From an uncultured Pelagibacteraceae bacterium (GTDB taxonomy: Bacteria > Pseudomonadota > Alphaproteobacteria > Pelagibacterales > Pelagibacteraceae), in contig CABYFN010000001.1 in the NCBI GenBank assembly GCA_902518235.1, positions 34,668 through 98,667 on the forward strand: a DNA stretch of 64,000 bases, read 5' to 3'. Below, one piece after another: positions 43,710-52,912 of the stretch; the first letter of the stretch is position 1, and every line of letters starts with the position of its first letter. The position numbers were made by a program, and so were the translations under genes. Below the pieces are notes generated by a model that saw only the letters and a program-made list of their open reading frames with translations, was not told where the DNA came from and searched no databases.

Positions 43710-44617
43710 TGGAAACTGAAGATATAAAAAAATTAGCATTATCAATAGATGGAGATATTTTTTTTGATCAGAGTATAAAAAATCTCAATTGGTTTAATAT
43801 TGGAGGGAAAACTAAAATTTTTTTTAAACCAAACTCTTTAAAAAGCTTAATTGAATATCTAAAACTATATGCTTTACGGGGTAAAATATTTATTTTAGGG
43901 AATGGTTCAAATGTGCTATTTGATGATGATATATACAAAGGGACTATAATTAAGTTAGGAAAAAGTTTTTCAAATATTACTTTACTTAATAAAGAAACAA
44001 TCATAGCTGGAGCAGGAGTGTCACAAAAAAAGGTTTCAGAATTTGCAAAAGATCATAATATCTCTGGGTTAGAATTTTTGTCATGCATTCCAGGGTCGAT
44101 AGGAGGTGGCATTAGAATGAATTCTGGATGTTTTAAAAAAGAATTTAAAGATGCTCTTATATCTATACAGCTAGTAGATTTTAAAGGTATTGTAAGAAGC
44201 ATACCTGCAAATAAAATTAATTTTAATTATCGGTCAATAGAATTGCCGAAAGATTTAATTTTTTTAAGTGCAACTTTTAAAGGTAAAGAAAAAAATAGCA
44301 AAGAAATAAATAATTATATGAATGAGTTAAATCTAATCAAAAATATGGCCCAACCAACTAAAATTAAAACAAGTGGTAGTACTTTTAAAAATCCCATTGA
44401 TCAAACAGATAAAAAAGTTTGGGAGTTAATTAGATTAAGTGTACCTACTGAAACACACTACGGGGATGCAGCAATCTCTGAAAAACATGCTAATTTTTTT
44501 GTGAATAAAAAAAATGCAAAATCTGCAGATATGAAATCACTAATTAATTTTGTCAAAAAAAAAGTAAAAGATAAAACTGGAGTTAAATTAGATCTAGAAA
44601 TTGTGTTGGTCGAATAG
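43709..44617 (+). CDS. murB: UDP-N-acetylenolpyruvoylglucosamine reductase
   Basis: IGG, GNGSNVL, GLEFL..IPGSIGG..MN, GSTFKNP, KHANF. Start moved to the ATG at 43709. Confidence 0.95.
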   Translation: METEDIKKLALSIDGDIFFDQSIKNLNWFNIGGKTKIFFKPNSLKSLIEYLKLYALRGKIFILGNGSNVLFDDDIYKGTIIKLGKSFSNITLLNKETIIAGAGVSQKKVSEFAKDHNISGLEFLSCIPGSIGGGIRMNSGCFKKEFKDALISIQLVDFKGIVRSIPANKINFNYRSIELPKDLIFLSATFKGKEKNSKEINNYMNELNLIKNMAQPTKIKTSGSTFKNPIDQTDKKVWELIRLSVPTETHYGDAAISEKHANFFVNKKNAKSADMKSLINFVKKKVKDKTGVKLDLEIVLVE

Positions 44618-45537
44618 TGGATAAAATTTTAATATTAGCCGGAGGATATTCCAACGAAAGAGAGATTAGTCTAATAACAGCCAGAAGTGTTACTAGAGAG
44701 TTAAAAAAGAATAAGAAATACAAGCTTTTAACAATTGAGCCCAACGGGTACTTCATTAAAAAACTAAGAGAATTTAGGCCAAAATTGGTTTTAAATCTTT
44801 TACACGGTAGATATGGCGAAGATGGCTATATTCAGTCCATCCTTGAATCTGAAAAAATAAAATATACACATTCTGGAGTTTTATCCTCGTCTCTCGCAAT
44901 TGATAAGGAAATATCAAAAAAAATATTTATTAAGAATAAAATTCTCACGCCTTCATATTTCAAATTTATTTTTAAAAAAAATACCAACTACAAAAATATA
45001 ATTAAAAAAATTGAAAAAAAGCTTAAATTCCCTGTAGTTCTTAAGCCTATCAACGAAGGCTCTAGTGTAGGAGTATATATAACTAACAAAAAAAATTTTA
45101 TTTATAATTTAACAAAGCTAGAAAAGTTTAAAGAAATATTGATTGAGAAATATATTCCTGGAAGAGAAATCCAAGCAGCCGTTTTAGGGAAAAAGAAACT
45201 AGGCATAATAGAGTTAAAACCTAAAAGAAAATTTTATGATTATAAAGCAAAGTACAGTGCAAGTGCTAAAACTGAGCATATAATTCCAGTTAAAATAACT
45301 CATAAAAATTATAATAAAATAAATTCAATAGCCATGAAAGCACACAATCTTTTAAAGTGCAGAGGCGTGTCAAGATCAGATTTCAGATTTTATAAAAATA
45401 AATTTTATTTGTTAGAACTAAATACTCAACCTGGCATGACTTCGCTGTCTTTAGTCCCAGAAATTGCAAATTATAATAATATTAGCTTTATACAACTTAT
45501 AGAAGAAATAATGAAAGATGCCTCTACAAACAAATAA
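44617..45537 (+). CDS. ddl: D-alanine--D-alanine ligase
   Basis: GGYSNEREIS, LHGRYGEDG, KPINEGSSVG, FYDYKAKY, ELNTQPGMT. Confidence 0.96.
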   Translation: MDKILILAGGYSNEREISLITARSVTRELKKNKKYKLLTIEPNGYFIKKLREFRPKLVLNLLHGRYGEDGYIQSILESEKIKYTHSGVLSSSLAIDKEISKKIFIKNKILTPSYFKFIFKKNTNYKNIIKKIEKKLKFPVVLKPINEGSSVGVYITNKKNFIYNLTKLEKFKEILIEKYIPGREIQAAVLGKKKLGIIELKPKRKFYDYKAKYSASAKTEHIIPVKITHKNYNKINSIAMKAHNLLKCRGVSRSDFRFYKNKFYLLELNTQPGMTSLSLVPEIANYNNISFIQLIEEIMKDASTNK

Positions 45538-46213
45538 ATATAAACTTTACCTTTATTTATTTTTTTTTATTTTTTTGACATCAATATTTAATTTTAAAAT
45601 CTTAGATAATTATCAAGAAAAATTTAGCTTAAAGAAAATATATATTCATGGGTTATCTAATAATGAAAAACAAAATATTGTAATTGAACTTAATAAATTA
45701 AAAAATATAAACATTTTTAAATTGACTGAAGATAGGGTTCTAAAAACACTAAAAAAATTTAATTTTTTAGAAAATATTTATGTAAATAAAGTAATACCAT
45801 CAACAATAAACATTAATTTATCGAAAACACTCATTATTGGAAAAACATTAAAAAATGGAGAATATTTGTATATTGGAAAAAATGGAAATTTCATAAAATC
45901 TAATCTACTGAGTGAAACAAATAATGTACCCTTAGTATTTGGAGAATTCAGAATTGAGGAATATATAGATTTACAAAATATATTAAATGAGCATAAAGTG
46001 GATTTGCAAAACATTGAAAAGTATTTTTATTATAAGAATAAAAGGTGGGATCTTTTATTTTCAAATAAATCAACTTTAATGTTGCCTTCTCAAAATGTAG
46101 CTAAATCAATAAAAATTTATAAAAGATTATTAGACAGTGATAATTTAATAAATAAAAAAATTATTGATCTTAGAATAACAAATCAAATTATATTAACGAA
46201 TAATAATGAATAA
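45518..46213 (+). CDS. ftsQ: Cell division protein FtsQ/DivIB (divergent)
   Basis: TM plus POTRA-like region (KVIPSTI), RWDL, IDLR. Lies between ddl and ftsA. Confidence 0.85.
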   Translation: MPLQTNKYKLYLYLFFFIFLTSIFNFKILDNYQEKFSLKKIYIHGLSNNEKQNIVIELNKLKNINIFKLTEDRVLKTLKKFNFLENIYVNKVIPSTININLSKTLIIGKTLKNGEYLYIGKNGNFIKSNLLSETNNVPLVFGEFRIEEYIDLQNILNEHKVDLQNIEKYFYYKNKRWDLLFSNKSTLMLPSQNVAKSIKIYKRLLDSDNLINKKIIDLRITNQIILTNNNE

Positions 46214-47357
46214 TTTTAGTGCTATTATAGATCTGGGATCTAAGAATTTAAAGTTAGGTGTTTTTAATAATGAGAATAAAAATATTTATTCCTCTAAAAA
46301 AAATATTAATGACACTTTAGAAAAATCATTAAATGTCCTAGTAAGAGACGCTGAAAAATATTTATCTTCACATATAGATGACGTTGTTGTTTTATACGAT
46401 TCCCCAAAATATTATTCATTAGAAATCTCTATTAAAAAAGTATTTGATTATGGTACGTCAATAAAAAAAATTTATAACGATTTAATACAGGAAGCCCATT
46501 TTTTAATTTCACAAAATAACTTTAAAGATCAAATAATACATTTAATAATAAATAATATTATTGTAGATGAAAACAAAACTTTAGATAAAATAATTGATGA
46601 CATGAAAATAAAATCTTTGATACTAGAGATTAAGTTTATTTGTTTAAGTAAAATATTAATTGAAAATATAACAAATAAATTCAAAATTAATAACTTAAAA
46701 ATATCAAATCTATATTGCACAAGTTATGTAAAAATTTATTCTTTTAAAAAACAATTAATTTCTAAAGATTGCCTTTTTTTTATAGATATTGGTTTTGAAA
46801 GAAGTAGTGGTTTTATGTTCAATAATAGCAAATTTGAATTCTTTAAATCAATACCTATTGGAGGTAATAATATTACTAAAGATATTTCAAAAATTTTAAA
46901 ATTAACCTTAGAATATTCGGAAAATTTAAAAATTAAATTTAATAGATCTGAAAACGATATTTCTTTTAGTAAAAATTCTACTAATGAAATCAATCCATTC
47001 AGTGAAACTATTGAAAAAAATATATCTATTGATCTTTTGAAGCAAATAATTGTAGCCAGATTAGATGAAATTATTGAACTATCTATTTTAGAAAGTACAT
47101 CAATTATAAATTTAAATCCTCTTTCAAAACACAAATTAATATTTACTGGTGGAGGTTCTAAGTTATTATTAAATAATTATAATTTTAGTATAAACAAAAT
47201 ATTTTCTGAATTTGTCTCTTATGATGAAAATGATTCGTTAGTCTGTGAGACAGGTCACAATTATCACAAAAGTAATGAGAGTTTTCATATAAAAACAAGA
47301 GAAAAGTTAAAGAAATTAGGTTTTTTTGAGAATTTCTTTAACCTTTTTTCTAAATAA
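46206..47357 (+). CDS. ftsA: Cell division protein FtsA (highly divergent)
   Basis: IDLGS, FIDIG, PIGGNNITKDI, ENLK, IIVARLDEI, FTGGGS, C-terminal amphipathic helix GFFENFFNLFSK. Follows ftsQ. Confidence 0.85.
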   Translation: MNNFSAIIDLGSKNLKLGVFNNENKNIYSSKKNINDTLEKSLNVLVRDAEKYLSSHIDDVVVLYDSPKYYSLEISIKKVFDYGTSIKKIYNDLIQEAHFLISQNNFKDQIIHLIINNIIVDENKTLDKIIDDMKIKSLILEIKFICLSKILIENITNKFKINNLKISNLYCTSYVKIYSFKKQLISKDCLFFIDIGFERSSGFMFNNSKFEFFKSIPIGGNNITKDISKILKLTLEYSENLKIKFNRSENDISFSKNSTNEINPFSETIEKNISIDLLKQIIVARLDEIIELSILESTSIINLNPLSKHKLIFTGGGSKLLLNNYNFSINKIFSEFVSYDENDSLVCETGHNYHKSNESFHIKTREKLKKLGFFENFFNLFSK

Positions 47358-47418
47358 TCGTATTTTCCTGTAACATTACTTGAATATTAAATTTTTCGTA
47401 ATTTAATATATTTTCCTA

Positions 47419-48342
47419 ATGTCAGTTCTATCCCAATCTACTATTGCCAAAAAAGTATCTTTTTCAGGAGTTGGCATTCATACAGGCAACAGAGTCAAAA
47501 TGAATGTTCTACCTTCTACACCAAATTCTGGAATAGTTTTTAAAAGAACAGATATAAAACAAAACAATATTGTAATTCCAAATTTTGAAAATGTTAGTGA
47601 AGCCACGCTTTGTACAACAGTATCAAATCAATTTGGTGTGAAAGTTTCAACAATTGAGCACCTAATGGCTACATTTTTGGGTTTAGGAATAGATAATGCA
47701 GTGGTAGAACTAGATTCACAAGAAGTACCTATTCTTGATGGTTCGGCGAAGGATTTTGTAAATATTTTAAAAGATACTGGACTAAAAAATAGTGATGTTC
47801 CAATAAAATTAATAAAAATTAATAATCATGTTGAGCTAGAAGAAGGAAATAAATATATTTCAGTAGATAAATCAAACACAACTTTGGAAATTGAATTTGA
47901 GATTAATTATAAGAACAAGCTTATAAACAATCAAAAGAACAAAGTTAACGTTTTTGAAGATAATTTAGATGATATTTTTAATTCAAGAACTTTCTGTTTA
48001 TACGAAGATATAGAAAAACTTCAAAAAATTGGTCTAGGCAGAGGCGGATCTCTTGAAAATGCAATTGTCGTTAAAGATGATAAAATATTAAATGAGAATG
48101 GATTAAGAAATAAAAATGAATTTGTAAATCATAAAATTCTTGACTGTATGGGAGACTTGTATTTAATTGGTTACAGAATGATTGGCTCTCTAAAATGTAC
48201 TCAGGGAGGTCACAGTCTAACAAATAAATTGCTTAGAAAAGTATTTAATGATACTAGAAATTACTCTTTAATTGAGATTAAAGGGAAAAACCTTCCTCAC
48301 TCTTTATTAAATAATCGTCACAATCTTAAATCTATTGCTTAA
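47419..48342 (+). CDS. lpxC: UDP-3-O-acyl-GlcNAc deacetylase
   Basis: GVGIHTG, TIEHL, EVPILDGSA, SRTF, GGSLENA, HKILDCMGD, GGH. Confidence 0.96.
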   Translation: MSVLSQSTIAKKVSFSGVGIHTGNRVKMNVLPSTPNSGIVFKRTDIKQNNIVIPNFENVSEATLCTTVSNQFGVKVSTIEHLMATFLGLGIDNAVVELDSQEVPILDGSAKDFVNILKDTGLKNSDVPIKLIKINNHVELEEGNKYISVDKSNTTLEIEFEINYKNKLINNQKNKVNVFEDNLDDIFNSRTFCLYEDIEKLQKIGLGRGGSLENAIVVKDDKILNENGLRNKNEFVNHKILDCMGDLYLIGYRMIGSLKCTQGGHSLTNKLLRKVFNDTRNYSLIEIKGKNLPHSLLNNRHNLKSIA

Positions 48343-48380
48343 CAATTAGAATTTTCAAAATATTCTGATAAAATTTCTTA

Positions 48381-49220
48381 ATGAAAATTTTTAATTTTTT
48401 AATAAGTGTTTTAATATTTGTTAGTGTAGCTTCCTGCTCAAAAAAAGAAGAAAAAATATCGTTGATTAAAGAAGATAATTTAGAAATGCAAATGATTGAA
48501 GCTTATAATGAAGGACTAAAAGAATTTAACACCGGAGATATTTTTTTTGCAGCTAAAAAATTTAACGAAGTTGAGCTTTTATATCCTCAATCTGTATGGG
48601 CTCCCAGATCAACTTTGATGGCAGCGTATGCTTATTATTCTCAATTATATTTTAATGATGCAATCATTGAGCTAGAACGATTTTTGGATAAATATCCGAA
48701 TCATAAAAACACAGACTATGCTTATTACCTGCTAGCTGTCTGTCATTATAATCAGATAGAAGATGAAAAAAAAGATTTAGGTGAAATACTAAAAGCTAAA
48801 ACTTATTTTCAAATTATTGTAAATGAATTTCCAGCAACTGATTTTGCAGAGGACTCAAGATTTAAACTTGAATTGATTGAGGAAATTTTGGCTTCAAAAG
48901 AGTTATATTTAGCAAACTATTATTTAGATAGAGAAAAGTGGATACCAGCAATGAATAGATTTAAAAAAATAGTGAATGATTACGAAACTACTATTTTTGT
49001 TGAGGAAGCTTTATATAGATTAGTAGAATTAAATTATAAATTAGGTTTGACTGATGAGGCTCAAAAATACGCAGCAGTCCTCGGATATAATTATCAATCT
49101 AGTGAATGGTATCTAAGCTCCTATAAAATTTTAAATAGAAACTATAAAAAATCTGATATTAAAAAAGATATGAAAAAAGAAAAGTCATTATTAAAAAAAT
49201 TTAAAGATTTGTTTAAATAA
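48381..49220 (+). CDS. bamD: Outer membrane protein assembly factor BamD
   Basis: Lipobox VASC, TPR repeats, EALYRLVE, LGYNY..SEWY. Sits in lpxC-bamD synteny. Confidence 0.9.
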   Translation: MKIFNFLISVLIFVSVASCSKKEEKISLIKEDNLEMQMIEAYNEGLKEFNTGDIFFAAKKFNEVELLYPQSVWAPRSTLMAAYAYYSQLYFNDAIIELERFLDKYPNHKNTDYAYYLLAVCHYNQIEDEKKDLGEILKAKTYFQIIVNEFPATDFAEDSRFKLELIEEILASKELYLANYYLDREKWIPAMNRFKKIVNDYETTIFVEEALYRLVELNYKLGLTDEAQKYAAVLGYNYQSSEWYLSSYKILNRNYKKSDIKKDMKKEKSLLKKFKDLFK

Positions 49221-49228
49221 TTGTAAAA

Positions 49229-51241
49229 ATGAATGAAAGAGAAATAAGAAATAATTATCTAAAAAAAATTGATGAACTCAAAAAACATAACAAGCTCTAT
49301 TTCGAAAATAGTTCCCCAGTTATATCTGATAAGGACTATGATCAAATCAAAAAAGACATTTTAAATTTAGAAAAAAAGTTTTCATTCTTAAAAGATGAAT
49401 CGTCTCCATCTGTCTCTTTAGGTTATACCCCTTCTAAAAACTTTATAAAATCTAAACATAGAGTTAAAATGCTTTCTTTATCAAACGCTTTTGATATTGA
49501 GGACTTAGAAAACTTTGAAAAGAAAATATTTAATTATTTAAACAAAAAGATTGAAGTTGAGTATAGTGTGGAACCAAAAATAGATGGAATTTCAGCTTCA
49601 TTAACTTACAAAAATGGTTTGTTGATAATGGGTACTTCCAGGGGTGATGGAACAACGGGAGAAGTTATAACTGAAAATTTAAAAACAATTAAAGATATAC
49701 CACACAAAATAACTTCTAAAGATTTTCCAAAAGATATCGATATAAGGGGAGAAGTTTTTATTAAAAGAAGTGAATTTGAACAATTAAAAAATAATTTCGC
49801 AAATCCTAGAAATGCTGCATCAGGATCTCTTAGACAAAAAAATCCAAATGAAACCAAAAAAATTCCACTTAATTTCGTCGCCTATACTTACGGCTATTTC
49901 GAAAGTGATAAAATAAAGAAACAGTCTGATTTTTTAAGTTCGCTGAAAAAATGGGGTTTTAAGACAAATGAACACAATAAAATCTTAAACAGTATAGATG
50001 ATTTGACAAATTTTCATAAAAAATTTGAAAAAGAAAGATTTGATTTAGAATATGATGTTGATGGGTTAGTTTATAAAATAAATAGTCTCGAACTTCAAAA
50101 AAGATTAGGATTTACTGCAAATTCTCCAAGATGGGCAATTGCTCATAAATTTTCTGCAGATAGTGCATTTTCTCAGATAATAGACATAAATATTCAGGTC
50201 GGTAGAACAGGTGCTTTAACACCTGTAGCAAGAATAAAACCAGTAAATATTGGTGGTGTAGTAGTTTCTAATGCAACACTTCATAATGAAGATGAAATAA
50301 TTAGGAAAGATATAAGAATTAGCGATACTGTAAAAATTGAGAGAGCAGGAGATGTTATTCCTCATGTTATACTTGTTGATTTAAAAAAAAGAGATAAAAA
50401 ATCGAAAAAATTCAACTTTCCTTTAACCTGTCCCTCCTGTGGATCTGAAACAATTAAAGAATTTAATAAGATCACCAAAAAATATGATGCTGTAAGAAGA
50501 TGTACAAATGAAGGTTATGAATGTGAAAAAATAGCAGTAGAAAAAATTAAACATTTTATATCAAAAGAAGCTCTCAATATTGATGGTTTAGGAAAAAAGG
50601 TTGTAGAAAAGTTTTGGGACCTTAAATTAATAAGATTTCCACAAGATATTTTTAATTTAGATTATACTCAAATTTCTAAACTAGAAGGTTGGGGCGATCT
50701 ATCAGTCTCAAATTTAAAATTTTCAATAGATCAATCAAAAACAGTTTCTTTAGATAAATTTCTTTATTCTATTGGCATTAGACATATTGGCATAGAGAAT
50801 GCAAAATTGTTAGCAGAATACACAAAATCAATATCAAACTTTTTAAGTTTTATTAAAAATAAAAAAATTAATGAATTTTTAAATATAGACGGAATAGGTG
50901 ATACTCAAATTAATTCCTTAAAAAAGTTTTTTGAAAATAAATCCAATTATAAAATAATTGAAAAACTATCTTCCATACTAAATATTTCTGATTTAAAACA
51001 AAAAAAGGATGGTAAACTATTAAATAATACTTTTATGTTTACTGGTAAATTATCAAATATGAGCAGAGCTGAAGCAAATTCATTAATTGAAGAAAATTCA
51101 GGGTCAGTTGTAAGTTCTGTTAATAAAAAATTAAAATATTTAATAATTGGTGAAAAGCCTACAAGCAGAAAAGTACAACAAGCAAAAGATTTAGAAATTA
51201 AAATTTTATCTGAAAAAGAATGGCTTAGTTTACTAAATTAA
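49229..51241 (+). CDS. ligA: NAD-dependent DNA ligase
   Basis: MLSL, EPKIDG, SRGDG, ANPRNAASGSLRQ, PRWAIAHKF, QVGRTG, CPSC zinc finger, BRCT. Confidence 0.97.
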   Translation: MNEREIRNNYLKKIDELKKHNKLYFENSSPVISDKDYDQIKKDILNLEKKFSFLKDESSPSVSLGYTPSKNFIKSKHRVKMLSLSNAFDIEDLENFEKKIFNYLNKKIEVEYSVEPKIDGISASLTYKNGLLIMGTSRGDGTTGEVITENLKTIKDIPHKITSKDFPKDIDIRGEVFIKRSEFEQLKNNFANPRNAASGSLRQKNPNETKKIPLNFVAYTYGYFESDKIKKQSDFLSSLKKWGFKTNEHNKILNSIDDLTNFHKKFEKERFDLEYDVDGLVYKINSLELQKRLGFTANSPRWAIAHKFSADSAFSQIIDINIQVGRTGALTPVARIKPVNIGGVVVSNATLHNEDEIIRKDIRISDTVKIERAGDVIPHVILVDLKKRDKKSKKFNFPLTCPSCGSETIKEFNKITKKYDAVRRCTNEGYECEKIAVEKIKHFISKEALNIDGLGKKVVEKFWDLKLIRFPQDIFNLDYTQISKLEGWGDLSVSNLKFSIDQSKTVSLDKFLYSIGIRHIGIENAKLLAEYTKSISNFLSFIKNKKINEFLNIDGIGDTQINSLKKFFENKSNYKIIEKLSSILNISDLKQKKDGKLLNNTFMFTGKLSNMSRAEANSLIEENSGSVVSSVNKKLKYLIIGEKPTSRKVQQAKDLEIKILSEKEWLSLLN

Positions 51242-52912
51242 CTTAGCTAACCATTTTTTTTCATTTCTATTCAAAAAAGGTGAAATATTCTTGTAAACAT
51301 CTAAGTGATACTTAAATAAATAATTCTTTTCTTTTTTATTAAGCATTTTAAAATTAATCAGATCTTTATCAATTGGTGCCATTGTTAGATTTTCGAACAC
51401 AAGTTTTGATTTTATTTTTTTAATAAAAACTAAATTTTCAATTCTTATTCCAAAATCATTTTTTTTATAAAAGCCAGGTTCATTACTTACAATCATACCT
51501 TCTTTTAATTTAACGAAATTATTTTTTGATATTCCTTGTGGTCCTTCATGAACATTAAGAAATGCTCCTACTCCATGACCAGTGCCATGACGATAATTAA
51601 GTCCAACTGCATTGAGACTTTTTCTTGCAATTTTATCAATATTGTTGCCATTTCCCTCTTTCTTTATGTCTGATAAGACAACACCAATGTGACCCTTAAG
51701 AACCCTTGTGAATATATCTTTCACACTATTTGAAACTTTAGAAAAACATACTGTTCTCGTTACATCAGTAGTACCCCATTTGTATTGGCCTCCAGAGTCG
51801 AGAAGTAGCAAATCATTTTTTTTTAATTTTCTGTTTGAAAATTTATCTGATCTATAATGTATAATAGCTCCATTTGGTCCAGATCCTGCGATTGTATCAA
51901 AACTTGGATATAAATAATTTTTACCTTTTTTTCTAAAACTCTCTAATTTTTTTTCTATTCTTTTTTCTGTAAGATTTTTTATTTTAGGATTTTTTATCCA
52001 ATATAAAAATTTTGTTAAAGCTACACCATCTTCAATATGTGCATTAACCATATTTTTAATCTCAGTTTTATTCTTTAAAGATTTAAGATTATAAATAGGG
52101 TCTTTTCTTTCAATTATTTTAAATTTATTACTAATTAAGCTTTCCTCAAAAACAGAGCAAGTTTTATTATCAATGCAAAAATTGCTGTTTTTAAATTTGA
52201 CTAAGGAATTTAAAATATTATTTTCTTTTAAAAAATGTATTTTCAATTTTTTAAAACTTGATTTTATTTTATTTATTTTATTTTGATTTGAAAAAAAATA
52301 AATTTGTTTTTCTTTTGTTATAATTATTTTACAATTAGCAATAGGAGAATTCGGAAGATCTCTACCTCTTATATTCAGAAGCCAACAAATATTTTCACCT
52401 GAGCTTATAAATGTGTAATCGATTTTCTTTTTTTTCATAATCTTAATTAATCGATCTATTTTATTATTTATGGTTTCACCTGCTATTATAGGATCTAAGC
52501 TAAAAAATGGATAATTATTTTCATCTTTATTTTCTCTTTTAAATTTAAAATTTAAAGGAACTAAGTTGTAACCTTCTCCAAAGTATTTATTGAGAGTTTC
52601 CCATGTAAAAAGATCTGGATCAAATCCAATTTTTATTTCTTTCTTTAAAATATTTTTAGGCCATATATATGGAATTTCGCAAATTTCAAATTTTTTCCCA
52701 GATTCTTTTTCTGCTTGGATAGTATATCTGCCGTCAACAAATAAATAATTTCTATTTTTTAAAAAGATTGCAAATCCTGCAGAACCTGAGAATTTTGTAA
52801 TTGACTTAAGGTTATTTGTTTTAGAATACTCAGTAAAATATTCATCATTTTTTGGTAATATATATCCATCTAAGTTATTAGATAAAATTATATTTTTTAT
52901 TTCAGTACTCAT
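51233..52912 (-). CDS. Aminopeptidase P family (M24B) Xaa-Pro aminopeptidase
   Basis: FSGSAG, DGRY, GAIIHY, DSGGQY..GTTDVTRT, HGTGHGVG, HEGP, SNEPG, GIRIEN. Start moved to the ATG at 52912. Confidence 0.93.
   Translation of the reverse strand: MSTEIKNIILSNNLDGYILPKNDEYFTEYSKTNNLKSITKFSGSAGFAIFLKNRNYLFVDGRYTIQAEKESGKKFEICEIPYIWPKNILKKEIKIGFDPDLFTWETLNKYFGEGYNLVPLNFKFKRENKDENNYPFFSLDPIIAGETINNKIDRLIKIMKKKKIDYTFISSGENICWLLNIRGRDLPNSPIANCKIIITKEKQIYFFSNQNKINKIKSSFKKLKIHFLKENNILNSLVKFKNSNFCIDNKTCSVFEESLISNKFKIIERKDPIYNLKSLKNKTEIKNMVNAHIEDGVALTKFLYWIKNPKIKNLTEKRIEKKLESFRKKGKNYLYPSFDTIAGSGPNGAIIHYRSDKFSNRKLKKNDLLLLDSGGQYKWGTTDVTRTVCFSKVSNSVKDIFTRVLKGHIGVVLSDIKKEGNGNNIDKIARKSLNAVGLNYRHGTGHGVGAFLNVHEGPQGISKNNFVKLKEGMIVSNEPGFYKKNDFGIRIENLVFIKKIKSKLVFENLTMAPIDKDLINFKMLNKKEKNYLFKYHLDVYKNISPFLNRNEKKWLAKLI

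Noticed and set aside
34916-47357. Very AT-rich dcw genes as horizontally acquired DNA
   Set aside because: They are core genes in near-canonical order. The composition fits relaxed codon selection in low-expression genes of an AT-rich genome.
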